In this document: in pieces, positions 38,395 to 50,114 of the stretch
Layout: each line of letters begins with the position of its first letter
Numbering within the stretch: position 1 is the stretch's first letter
From: Raja brachyura
Lineage: Eukaryota
NCBI GenBank assembly: GCA_963514005.1
Contig: OY740791.1
Span: 39,928,001 to 39,992,000 of the forward strand
Direction: 5' to 3'
Length of the DNA stretch: 64,000 bases
The notes under the pieces: model-generated
What the model saw: the letters and a program-made list of their open reading frames with translations, nothing else
What the model was told of the DNA's origin: nothing
The model's database searches: none
Position numbers and translations under genes: made by a program

Positions 38395-41300
38395 TACTTT
38401 CAGTGACTGTTGTACAAGACACCCAGGTCTCGTTGCACCTCCCCTTCTCCTAATCTGACACCATTCAGAAGATAATCTGCCTTCCTGTTCTTGCCACCAA
38501 AGTTGATAACCTCACATTTATCCATATTATATCTGCCATGCTTCTGCCCACTCACCCAACCTATGCAAGTCACCCTGCAGTCTCATAGCATCCTCCTCTC
38601 AGCTCACACTACCACCCAGCTTTGTGTCATCTACAAACTTAGAGATGTTACATTTAATTCTCTCATCTAAATCGATAATATATATTGTAAACAACTGGGG
38701 TCACAGCGCACTAGTCACTGCCTGCCATTCTGAAAAGGACCCGTTAATTCCTACTCTTTGCTTTCTGTCTGCCAATCAGTTCTCTATCCATGTCAATACC
38801 CTATCCCCCATACCATGTGCTCTAATTTTGCACACTAATCTCTTGTGTAGGACCTTGTCAAAGGCTTTTTTGAAAGTCCAGAGACACCACATCTACTGGC
38901 TCTCCCTTATCCATTCTAATTGTTACAAACTGAAAAAATTCCAAAAGATTAGTCAAGCATGATTTCCCCTTCATAAATCCATGCTTACTTTGACCGATCA
39001 TGTCACTGCTTTCCAAATGCGCTGCTATAACATCTTTAATAATCGACTCCAGCATCTTCCCCACTTCCAATGCAAAGCTAACGGGTCTATAATTCCCCAT
39101 TTTCTCTCTCCCTCCTTTCTCAAAAAGTGGAGTTACATTGGCCACCCTCCTTTCCACAGGAACTGATCCAGAGTTGAGAAAACATTGGAAAATGATCACC
39201 AATGATCATCTACGATTTCTAGGGCCACCTCCTTGAGTACTCTGGGATGCAGACCATCAGGCCCTGGGGATTTATCTGCCTTCAGTCCTAACTAATCCTT
39301 CCTCATTACTAGAGCCAGGATGTTTAGGTGCTAAAAAACTCTGAAATAGGCAGGCAAAAAGGCTTAATAAATTTACAAAAAAGGCACAAAAAATGCATTT
39401 ATTGACAAAAAAGACATATTTCCACCACCAAAATAACCATTAAATGACCAAAGTTGCCTGGTTGCACATAATTACTAGCATTTTTTTCAAATTATCTGGT
39501 GTTAAACTATGCCATCTGTCAGACAGAATATGCTTCAGTTCTGAAATACTTCTACCTCAGCTGACGTCACTGGTGCATATGCTAAACAAGCTACCGACTC
39601 TATATTCATGTTAATAACTTGTGCATTACAACTACCTTTGAGAACTTCAGCTATGTTTTGTATTTCTTCAAGATCTTAGCTAAAATCACTCTCTCACATT
39701 TTCCTTGTATATCTTTACCTACATCACCAGGAATTTTACAGGTATCGTCAGTTACTTTGTTGAAAACCTGCAAGTTATTCGCTAATGTTTCGCCACATTT
39801 CTCAAGGGAAGAGATAGCTTATGGGAAGTTTGCAAAATTGGAAGCAATGAATACAAGATCGCGGTGGAGGGTCTTTTTCGGCATGATTTCACTGACAATC
39901 CTGACTGCAGCAGATTCTTCTTCTTCAAAACAGTTGACGATTTATTTTATCTTTTAAAAATTTGCAGCATAGTAGAGTACAGCAGAGAGCCATGTACCCC
40001 ACCTAGTCAAAATGGGCTGAGGAGGTAGCGGAATCTCGGGTGCCAATTCCTTGAACACTGCACACTTTGATGAAGATTTTCTTGACATTGGAAACTAGGC
40101 GATCGACATTTGGGAACAAGCCACGTATGTGCTTGACAATTCTATAAAGTCCTTGAGCTAAGCATGTCAAATGCAACATTTTGGGGAATAAAACCTTAAG
40201 AGCACCCAGAGAGATGTGAATTTGTGGAATTCCCTGCCACAGAGGGCAGTGGAGGCCAAATCACTGGTTAGATTTAAGAGAGAGTTAGATAGAGCTCTAG
40301 GGGCTAGTGGAATCAAGGGATATGGGGAGAAGGCAGGCACGGGTTATTGATTGAGGACGATCAGCCATGATCACAATGAATGGCGGTGCTGGCTCGAAGG
40401 GCCTAATGGCCTCCTCCTGCACCTATTTTCAATGTTTCTATGTTTATGACACGAGCAGCTATTTGTATGTACGGAGCTGCATCAGTCACAAACAGAAGAA
40501 CTTTCTTGTGTTTTATACCTTCTGGCCAAAGTACAGCAAGTGAAGATGTAAACAACTAAGCAACGGTTGAGCTGTTTGACTTCTCCAATACTTCCGATGT
40601 CAACAATGACTCCTTTGATGGTTGACATGCCTCCAGGATGCCGATGACAACATTGGCAACATATCTCCCCACAACATCGGTTGTCTCGTCTATTGAGGTC
40701 CATATTTTCAAATTTTCTGCACAATAATGTGGAAGTTGCTGTCAACATAATTTTTCCGTAATAATGACTTGTTTGGTTTCTGTTCCTCTGTGTATTCCTC
40801 TAAAAAAAAAACCTCTGAGAGATTTGTTTTCCAATTACCACAGTGAAATTCCAGCATCAATGAATGCCTTGCACAGATCACTCAAACTCAGATTTACGAC
40901 TGGAGCCAGCATTTCGCTTGTGCCTACCCCCAGTGGTATCAACATTGACTTCTTTAATTTTAGATAGCCCTTGTCTTCGCCCTCTCACCCTTCCCATCTC
41001 TCCTCTACTATCTCCGCCTCTTCCCTTCTTTTTCCCACCCCCTCCCCCCACATCAGTCTGAAGAAGGGTCTCGACCCGAAATGTCACATATTCCTTCTAT
41101 CCATAGATGCTGCCTCACCCGCTGAATTTCTCCTGCATATTTTGTGTACCTACGCTTTTTCCAGTATCTGCAGTTCTTTCTTAAATCGATCTTGGAGCAG
41201 ACTGAACCAGCGGGCAGCGGCACGAATGAATGAACGACCGACGGTGGCGCCTCCAGTTTTGCCCCAGTGGTGGAAATGTGGAAGTTATACTGTTAACACA

Positions 41301-41880
41301 TTAATAAGAACATTAATATTAACGTGTTAACAAAGAAAACGTTGTTGAAATCATGGTACAGTTAGAGAAAATAGTATGACTTAGCAAAATGGCAAAAAAA
41401 GGCTGATTTAGGCACTCAATCGTGAAAAATGGTGAAATCATTAAAAAAAAGGCACATGGCATTTATGGCAAAATCCTGGCTCTACTCGTTACACAATGCT
41501 CAGTCTAGGATGGCCTGCCCTCCAGTCGGTTCTTCTACATATTGGTTAAAACACCCAGCCCGTACACATTCCAGGAAATCCTCCTCCTCAGCACTGCTAC
41601 CAATTTGGTTGGCCCAATCTATATGTAGATCAGTCTCCCATGGTAACTGCTGTACCTTTGTTACCTGCATCCCTAATTTCCTGCTTGATGCTATCCCCCA
41701 ACCTCCCTACTGCTGTTTGGTGGTCTGTGCATTTTCAGCCCTTCGCTATTTGACCGCTCTATCCGTACCGATTCTACAGCATCCAAGCTAATGTCTCTGC
41801 TTGCTATTGCATTAATCTCCACTTTAACCAGCAATGCCATCCCGCCGCCTCGTCCTTTCTGTCTATCCTTCCTGAATATC
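38395..41880 (-). mobile_element. CR1 fragment (38395-39309 plus 41485-41880) split by a hAT
   Basis: ORF 38858-39202 (RT) and ORF 41691-41942 (EN; RKDRQKGRGGG). Confidence 0.8.
39310..41484 (-). mobile_element. Decayed hAT transposon (CGGBP-related transposase), interrupted by a CR1 3' end (about 40205-40447) and a Penelope 3' end (about 40900-41185)
   Basis: TIRs TAGAGCCAGGAT / ATCCTGGCTCTA; 8-bp TSD CTCATTAC / CTCGTTAC. Remnant peptides IWTSIDETTDVVGRYVANVVIG, HLTCLAQGLYRI...[18 protein letters not shown]...ILSDR. Confidence 0.85.
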
Positions 41881-41999
41881 ATAATTCCCAGCACCAATAT
41901 AAGCTCCAAATTCAAAAGCTTTACCCACAATACTCCTTGCATTGAAGAAAAAACCTCAGACCTTCGTCATCCACATATTCATGAACCACTCCCTACCTG

Positions 42000-42860
42000 T
42001 CCGTCCTTTGATACTTACTTGTCATAACCTCCACTTTCTCATCAGCCCTTTCATTTGCAGACCTGCCGCTCTGGTTTCTACCTTCCTGCCATTCTAGCTT
42101 AAACCCTCCCGAGTAGCACTAGCAAACCTCGCTACAAGAATGTTGGTGCCCCTCCAGTTCAAGTGAAATCCTTCCCTCTTGTACAGGTACCCTCTGCCCT
42201 AGAAGCAATCCCAATGGTCCAAAGATCTAAATTCATATCCCTGCAACAACTCCTCAGCCATGCATTCATCCTAACCTCCTATTGCTACCCTCACTAACAC
42301 GTGGCACTGATAGTAATCCAGAGCTACCACCCTCAAGGTCCTGCATTTTAACCTTTTGCCCAACTCCCTATATTCACTCTGCAGGACCTCATCTTTCCTG
42401 CCCATGTTATTTGTGTCAACATGCATTACGACTTCTGGCTGCTAACCCTCCCCCTTGAAAATGTTCTGCAGCTGCTCAGATGCATCCTGGGCCCTGGCAC
42501 CATGGAGGCAACAGAACATACTGGAGTCTAGTTTGCTGCTACAGAATCCCCCATCAGTCTCCGATCTATCGAATCTCCTATCATTATAACCTTGCCCAAC
42601 TTCACCCTACCCCACAATGCCTCAGAGCCAGGCCGAGTGTCACGTACCTTATGGCTGCTGTCCCCTGAATGTCCATAGCATCCAAAAGCGTATACCTGTT
42701 TTTCCAGGGGAATGGCCACAGGAGATTCCTGAACTCTCTACCTACTCCCTATCCTGGTAGTGATCTATCAATTTTCTGCCTGCACCTTAGGTGTGACTAC
42801 CTCACTATGGCTCCTTATTATGACTGGCTCACTCTCCTGGATTAGCCAATGTCATCAAAC
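42000..42860 (-). mobile_element. Old CR1 ORF1 region (SGNH/GDS esterase-like)
   Basis: VIMIGDSIDRR motif in ORF 42528-42719. Confidence 0.6.
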
Positions 42861-43299
42861 TGCAGCTCCAGTTTCATTATTAATCCTTTCATTTTCTGCA
42901 ACACATACTTTGTTACCGTTTTTAAATATAGAAACTGTTTTTTACAATTCTGAATAGATCTCTTGTACTGTAATTACTGTTCCTTGTTGAACTTCCAGTA
43001 ATTTTTAACTATTTGTAATTTGTCTAATCTTCTCATCTGCTGTCTATATCAAAGCAATTATTTGTTTTTTCTCTAAGTTCGGTGAAAACTTCACCTTCTG
43101 AGTTTACTGGAGGCCATCCAAATATCCAATTTCATGCATGCCAGTTCATTTTAATTAACTGATCCTTTAACCGAATTTGCCAGCATACTTCTTTCTGCTT
43201 TTATGTCATCATAATTGTCCTTATTGATGTTGAAATGTTGATGTTGGAATTACTAGTCATTGACCAATTCTTTCTTTCTTTTAGTTGAATGGATTAATG

Positions 43300-44155
43300 G
43301 TTGAAGGGAGGAGGTCCAGACCCTAGCAGCATGGTGCGCTGACAACAACCTAGCCCTTAACACCAAGAAGCCCAAGGAGCTCATTGTGGACTACTGAAGG
43401 TCTAGGGGTGGCACGCACACCCCCATCCATATTAACGGGACGGAGGTGGAGTGTGATTCCAGCTTCAGGTTTCTGGGGGTCAACATCTCTGATGACCTCT
43501 CTTGGACCCAAAATACCTCAACACTGATCAAGAAGGCTCACCAGCGTCTCTTCTTCCTGAGGAGACTAAATAAGGTCCACCTGTCTCCTCAGATTCTGGT
43601 GAACTTCTACCGCTGCACCATCGAGAGCATCCTTACTAACTGTATCACAGTATGGTATGGCAACTGCTCTGTCTCCGACCGGAAAGCACTGCAGAGAGTG
43701 GTGAAAACTGCCCAACGCAACACCAGTTCCTCACTCCCCTCCATTGAGTCTGTCCAGAGCAAGCGATGTCTGCGAAGGGAGCGCAGCATCGTCAAGGACT
43801 GCTCTCACCCCAACCACAGACTGTTTACCCTCCTCCCATCTGGGAGACGCTACAGATCTCTCCGTTGCCAGACCAGCAGGTTCAGGAACAGCTCTTCCCT
43901 GCGGCTGTTACCCTACTTAACTCTGCACCTTGACGATTGCCAGTCCTCCCCCCCCCCCCCCCCCCGGACACTCCTGCCCCCAGTGACTGATCTCCCCCCT
44001 CCCCCCTCCCCCCCACTGAAAGTTGCACTACTGCTACTGTATATACATATATATTTTACTGTTCCGTTATTCTGTGGTGAGATGCTAACTGCATTTTGTT
44101 ATCTCTGCACTTGTACACTGCACAATGACAATAAAGTTTTGGATATTGAATCTTG
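43300..44155 (+). mobile_element. Rex1/Babar LINE 3' part
   Basis: FRFLGVNISDDLSW...KKAHQRLFFLRRL...FYRCTIESILT...LLPSGRRYRS. Confidence 0.9.
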
Positions 44156-44159
44156 AAAT

Positions 44160-44770
44160 AATACTGTCCCACTTGGCTGTCATTTGCGCAGGTAAAATAG
44201 GTCGACGCGTGGGGTGCGCATGGGTGATGCACGCATTGCGCATGGTGAGACGTGGAATCGCATGCAGTGGCACACGGTATCGCGCGGCGCTCCAGGATTT
44301 CCCTGTACCAAAATCCTCGCTCCCCACCAGCATGACGCATTGGCTTCACACGCATGGTTACGTCACCGTGCGTCAATGCCCGTAAACATGCAGCGCCGTG
44401 TGCCGCACATACGCAGTCGGCCGGCCTTTTACGCGTCATGTAACCTCTAACCTCGTCCACACAGACCTCTTCATGGGTTTCTTGCTAGCCTTTCTTGGTG
44501 TACTTCTGCCTGGCTGATCTGTAAGCATAAGGGCTGCTGCTAACAGACGTCTCTGCTGTTATAGCAATAAAATCTGCAGCTCTTCCATGATGGTCATGAT
44601 GCAGAATAGGGAAGCGGGGTATTCTAACGACGTCACGCGCACCAGACGGCTGTGCTGATGCATGATGACGTGTGATTTGTGTGCGACGTCGCGCGTCACG
44701 ACATGTCGACCTATTCAACATATGACGCATAAATGAGGCGCAAGTGACAGCCAAGTGGGACTGGCCCTAT
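44160..44770. mobile_element. Harbinger-like MITE (same TIR family as 35463-36144)
   Basis: CTGTCCCACTTGG ... CCAAGTGGGACTGGCCCT. Confidence 0.65.
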
Positions 44771-45344
44771 AAGCAGACCTTCACAATGATTTCATCAATT
44801 ATTAATTAGTAGCTTAATGCTTGCAGCAACAGTTTCAAAATATTAGTTGCTGTGCTGTTATTATACTGCCTTTCTGAATGTCCATCCCACAACCTGATAA
44901 CCCTTTACGCAAAGAATTAAGTAATATTTCAATAGTTATTACTAATGAAGTAATATTGGGTCCATGAATGAGATATACATAAAAAAAGACTCAGCTCAAG
45001 AATAAATTTATATGAAATGCACGTTGAAGTATTTGGGTACTATTTGCAATGTGCCCAAAAACATGCTTTCAGTCTGAATCATGCATATAAAATAGGTGCT
45101 TTCTGTGTGTAAATTGGTAGAAGTGGCGTTGATCTACATTCAATGATCATCATCAGAAGAATAATGAGGGATCAAAAAACAGTGCGAGTTTGACCAATTA
45201 AATTAATATCTGCCATCAGGAAATTACTTGTCTTTAACAAAGGATAATAAACACATGGAGAATTTGCAACTGATCAGACAGCCAGAAAGGCTGCTCATAC
45301 CCAATAAACATAATTATCAACTTCCATTTACATGGATTTACACA

Positions 45345-46120
45345 AGGCAATAGACAAAATAGACTATATGTGCAGGAGTAGGCCATTCGAGCCAGCACTA
45401 CTATTCATTGTGATGATTCCCAATCAGTATCCCGTTCCTGCCTTCTCCCCGTATCCCATGGCTCCGCTATCTTTAAGAGCCCTATCTAGCTCTCTCTTGA
45501 AAGTATCCAGAGAACCAGCCTCCACTGCCCTCTGAGGCTGAAAATTCCACAGACTCACAACTATCTGTGAGAAAGTGTTTCCTCTGCTCCATTCTAAATG
45601 GCTTAACCCTTATTCTTAAACTGTGGTCCCTGGTTCTAGACTCACCCAACATCGGGAACATGCTTCCTGCCTCCAGCATGTCCAAACCTTTAATAATCTT
45701 ATGTTTCAATAAGATCCCCTCTCATCCTTCTAAACTTCAGAGCTATACAAGCCCAGCCGCTCCATTTTCTCAGCATATGACAGTCCCGCCATCCCGGGAA
45801 TTAACCTTGTATACCTACGCAGCACTCCCTCAATAGCAAGAATGTCCTTCCTCAAATTAGGGGACCAAAACTGCACATAATACTCCAGGTGTGGTCTCAC
45901 TAGGGCCCTATACAACTGCAGAAGGACCTCTTTGCTCCTATACTCAACCCCTCTTGTTATATAGGTCAACATGCCATTCGCTTTCTTTACTGCCTGCTGT
46001 ACCTGCATGCTTACTTTCATTGAATGATGAACAAGGACCTCCAGATCCTGTTGTACTTCCCCTTTTCCCAACTTGACACCATTTAGATAGTAATCTGCCT
46101 TCCTGTTTTAGCCACCAAAG
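45345..46120 (-). mobile_element. CR1 3' fragment
   Basis: ORFs 45730-46071 and 45482-45709. Confidence 0.88.
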
Positions 46121-46314
46121 GCATTTGGTAAAACACCTAGGTAGCTAAATTAGGACATAGAAGGCCAATAAAATTATTTCCCCACCATATGAAATTTGCT
46201 GAGCAAAAACTCCCGAGATTTTTTCCATTTCGCTAGCGATTTCACTTTTACATTCGCAAATCCACTCATTACATTTAGACATTTTTATGTACATTTTTTA
46301 ATTTAATAAAATCC

Positions 46315-46640
46315 TTCCCCCCCTCTCCCCCCCCCCTCCCTCTCCCCCCCCCCTCCCTCTCCCCCCCCCCCCCCTCCCTCTCCCCCCCCCTCCCTCTCCC
46401 CCCCCCCCTCCCTCTCCCCCCCCCCCTCCCCCCTCTCCCCCCCCCCCTCCCTCTCCCCCCCCCCCTCCCTCTCCCCCCCCCCCCCTCCCTCTTCCCCTCC
46501 CCCCCCCCTCCCTCTTCCCCTCCCCCCCCCTCCCTCTTCCCCTCCCCCCCCCCTCCCTCCCCCCCCCCCTCCCCCCTCCCCCCCTCCCCCCCCTCCCTCC
46601 CCCCCCTCCCTCTCCCCCCCCCCCCCACCCCCCACCCGGG
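46315..46640. repeat. C/T low-complexity tandem tract (CCCTCTCCCCC-like; G-rich on the minus strand)
   Basis: Directly visible in the sequence. Confidence 0.95.
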
Positions 46641-46729
46641 CCCCGATATTTTCCTTATTTCGCTGGTGATTTTACTTCCTCCATTTCCCCACACCCCCTC
46701 CCGGGACAGCTCTGTCATGCTGGCTGAAG

Positions 46730-47237
46730 CCAAAGATCGGCTGTTTCCCCGCTGCTTTTCGCCGTCCTTGGAGAAGCAGCTGGGGAACAGCCGATCTTTG
46801 GCTTGAGCCAGCGTGAGAGTTTGCGCGTCAACGGCCTGTCAGCCCACAGGCGCATTGAGGGCGTTCGCAGCGTCTTGATCATGGGAGACCCCTTCCACCG
46901 CAGCAACGGACTGTTCCAGCTGCTACGGTCAGGCAAACGCCTCTGTTGCCATGCTGTGAGAACGGAGAGGATGAGGAGTTTCTTCCCAGAGGCCATTAGG
47001 ACTGTAAACTCCTATCTCTCCAGGAACTAACTTTACTGTACAATTTTACAGTTGTGTGGTGTCTTTTTAAAATTGCAGTTTGTTTCCCCTTTTTCTTCCC
47101 TCCCACAAATATGTAATATTTGATTCTGTTCCATTCTGGTTGTAGTTTGTTTTTCTTTTGCACAATCCACGAGCATTGCCACTTTTCATTTCACTGCACA
47201 TCCCGTATGTGTATGTGACGAATAAATTTGACTTGAC
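46730..47237 (+). mobile_element. Rex1/Babar-type LINE 3' end
   Basis: HRSNGLFQLLRSGKRL...TERMRSFFPEAIR; AATAAA followed by a (TTGAC)n tail. Confidence 0.75.
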
Positions 47238-47464
47238 TTCACACGCAGAAGCGCACAGAGAAACACACATAAACACGCACTTGCAGAGAAACATGCACAC
47301 GCACGGAAACGCACACAAACACAAACACACACCCACACAGAGAAGGACACCCACACACACAGAGACACAGACAGACAGAGACAGAAAAACGCACATACAA
47401 ACACAGAAACACACGCATACAGAAAAACTCCCACACAGACAGAGGAGTGCACGCGCAATAGTAT

Positions 47465-48275
47465 ATTAGGCCAAGTGCAGACCCGTTGGGTCTGTTCCCC
47501 CAACGTGTGGTTGCCGGGGGGGGGGGAGGGGCTGGCAACATGCGGTGTCACACTAACTACCCCCCCCCCCACCCCACCCCCCCCCGCCCACACGCTAACA
47601 ACCACCCTTGATATTTTACCTTTGGTCCTTTTATTTGATCCTTGTACCCCATAGCCGCCCTATCCACTGACGCATAGCCCCCAACTCGCAGGCGCGTCTA
47701 GAGAGAGGGGGGGGGGGGGTAGAGAGTGAGAGCAGAGAGAGAATGGGGAGAGACAAAGAGAAAGGGGCAGAGACAGAAGGGCAAGAGAAAGGGGGAGGAG
47801 GGGTGAGAGAGGGGGCTGAGGTGGGGGTGAAGGGAAAGGGAGGGTGTTTGGGGGGAAGGAAGAGGGTGGGTGAGAGGTAGGGTGGGGGAGGAGGGGTGAG
47901 AGAGATGGGAAGAGAGGGGAGGAGAGAGGGGGCTAAGAGGGGGAAGGGAAGAGGGTGAGAGGTGGGGGGGAAGGGAGAGGGATGGGGTGGAGGGAGATGG
48001 GGTAGGGGAGGGAGATGGGGTAGGGGAGAGAGGGAAGAGTGTGGAGAGAGGGTGAGGGGTAGGGGGAGAGAGGGGGAAGAGTGGGGTGGGGGCAGTCCAT
48101 CTATTCCCCACTTCCTATCGCCCCCACTCCTCTCCGTCTATTCCCACACTTTCCCTTCGCACCTCCCCCATTCCCTCAATCCCCCCACTCCCTCTCTTTA
48201 TCTCCCCAGGATCTTGCCTGTCCTCCGGATCTGCATAACTTGCTCGTTCACAGAGAGGAACACAGAACAGGGAGG
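47465..48275 (-). mobile_element. Helitron-like element with a purine-rich low-complexity interior
   Basis: Minus-strand 3' hairpin CAGACCCAACGGGTCTG about 10 nt before CTAA|T. Confidence 0.55.
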
Positions 48276-48379
48276 AGTGTGATGTACTTCTAACGGCAGC
48301 TGAGGAAGCGCAATCTGCCACAGGTAATGATGGTCCAATTCTACACGGCCATCGTAGAGTCTGTTCTCACCTTCCCCAT

Positions 48380-48864
48380 TGTGAGAAAAGAGGTTAACAG
48401 ACATGGTTGATTTAAACTAGGAATAGAAAAAATGTAGCTTAGAAAGAAATAAGGTTTCAACAAAGCCAGACTGTTAGTGGGATAGAAAGTCACGACAGAT
48501 AGAGAGAACTTTGAGATAGAAAGTAACGACAGATAGAACAGAGCACAGAGAGAACTTTGAGATAAAAAGTAGCAGATAGAAACTTCAGTATAAGCCTTTG
48601 ACGTCAGGAGATGTTCCGAGGCGTTCCTGGACTTTCTCGTGGGAATGTGGGCTTTATGTTATAATTAAAAAGAGGCAAAATGGTGAGAAAAGAGGGTGTG
48701 GCTATAATGTAATGAAATGTATAAAGATAGAATACATCCCGACCCTCGGTGTGCCTCTAGGGGAGAGGAAAGGAGAGGCACCTATTCTGCAGAATATTAT
48801 CTTAATAAAAGCTTCTTTGCTGACTTTGTCTCAAACAGCATTTGTGATTTTTTAATCTCTCACA
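48380..48864 (+). repeat. 5' LTR
   Basis: TGTGAGA...TCTCACA; TATAAA 48720-48725; AATAAA 48804-48809; about 3 differences from the 3' LTR. Confidence 0.97.
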
Positions 48865-48867
48865 ATT

Positions 48868-48887
48868 TGGGAGCTCGGTTCCGGTAT
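48868..48887 (+). promoter_or_regulatory. Primer-binding site, degenerate tRNA-Pro type
   Basis: TGGGAGCTCGGTTCCGGTAT versus the canonical TGGGGGCTCGTCCGGGAT, 3 nt after the LTR. Confidence 0.7.
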
Positions 48888-49165
48888 TTAATTACTCCAA
48901 GCCAGCTGACGGGGGTACACGGACGAAGAGAAGGTGCACCCCGCTGAGTTCAGCGGTCTCAGACTCCTTGCTTACCGTCAGGAGGTTTGAGCCAGTGATG
49001 CCCGGACCAAAGAGAGACTCAGCAAAGAAGTGAAGGTGGTTGGAGATTGGTTGGAAATTGCAAAAATCGAGTAATTCTGTGCACAGACCCCGGTAAGAAA
49101 CTTTGACTATTATAGTATTACCTGGGCGATTTGATAAAAGATCGGAGAGGATTCCGATAAAGAGA

Positions 49166-49750
49166 ATGGGAAATGTAAGTGAAAAACCCATCCCAGCATT
49201 CTGCCCAATAGTCCGTTGGGGGCGAATGCTGAACCACTGGGGGGCAAGAAATACCCAGGGGTCGGAGAAGACAATAATGATAAGGTATTGTTATTTTGAA
49301 TGGCCAAAACACCCGATAAAGGAACTTCGGTCTGGTGGCCAGAGGATGAGTCAGATGAGGATTGGGTACAACAGGCATTGAATGAATATGTGAAAAATAA
49401 ACCCAATCCAATAATAGGAGAGATCAAGTATGCCGCAGTATGGGAAGCGGGATAAAATTATTAAAGGAGAGAGAGGCAGTTTAACTCCTTGTGGATACCA
49501 CCCTGAGAGGTCAGGGTTCTGTCGGACGGGAATAGTCCGATAAGACAATGGATAACCGGAACGGGAAAAGTAAGAGTCCGGGGGGAAAAGAAAAAGGCTC
49601 AAAGGTGAAGAGCCGCACATTCTGCCTGATAGTCCGTTGGGGCGAATGTGGCAATCTTGGGGAGAAGGAAGCCCCGGGGGTAAAGATAAGGAGACTATGA
49701 TTAAGTTCTGTTATTTTGATTAACCAAAGGAACCAATAATGAGGATTGGG
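49166..49750 (+). pseudogene. gag: gag matrix-like module, two tandem copies (49166-49445 and 49548-49750), frameshifted
   Basis: MGNVSE..NSPLGRMLNHW..MIRYCYFEWPKHPI..WWPEDESDEDWVQQALNEYV..EIKYAAVW and PDSPLGRMWQSW..ETMIKFCYFD*PKEPI, resembling HERV-I-type MA. Confidence 0.8.
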
Positions 49751-50114
49751 CACTTTGGATGCTGTACAGAATATTTAGAGTATCCCTCAAACATTGCAAA
49801 AATCTAAGGAAAATCACAGTGCCAAATGTTTTGAGTATGAAAAGTTAAAAAAGGAAGGAGCAACACGGAAAGAAATAGAAAAGACAACTGTCAAATCTAA
49901 AAAAAAGCTACAGAAATCTATAAATTATATGTGGAAAAACAGATTTTGAACAAAAATTGACAGAAACCTCAAAGAAATTTCAGGAAATTGAAGAAGCTCA
50001 TCTTAAGCACTTGAAAGAAATATTATTGTTGTGAGTTGTTTCACAAAATCTATAGAAGGAACTCATATACAGATTGGTCAGGTACATGAGGAGTTAGTGC
50101 AAAATATTGTAGAA
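49749..50114 (+). pseudogene. FCHO2: Captured intronless fragment of the FCHO2 F-BAR domain inside the provirus
   Basis: [89 protein letters not shown]/..THIQIGQVHEEL is colinear with remembered vertebrate FCHO2. Confidence 0.88.

Noticed and set aside
46275-46733. Gly/Arg/Glu-rich RGG-like ORFs
   Set aside because: These are translations of a low-complexity C-rich tract, with no splice or domain support.
47067-47605. Cys/Val-rich and His/Thr-rich ORFs
   Set aside because: Degenerate (CA)n microsatellite translation.
48598-48947. ORFs repeated in both LTRs (possible sag/nef-like gene)
   Set aside because: Short, with no recognisable motifs. The identity simply follows LTR identity.
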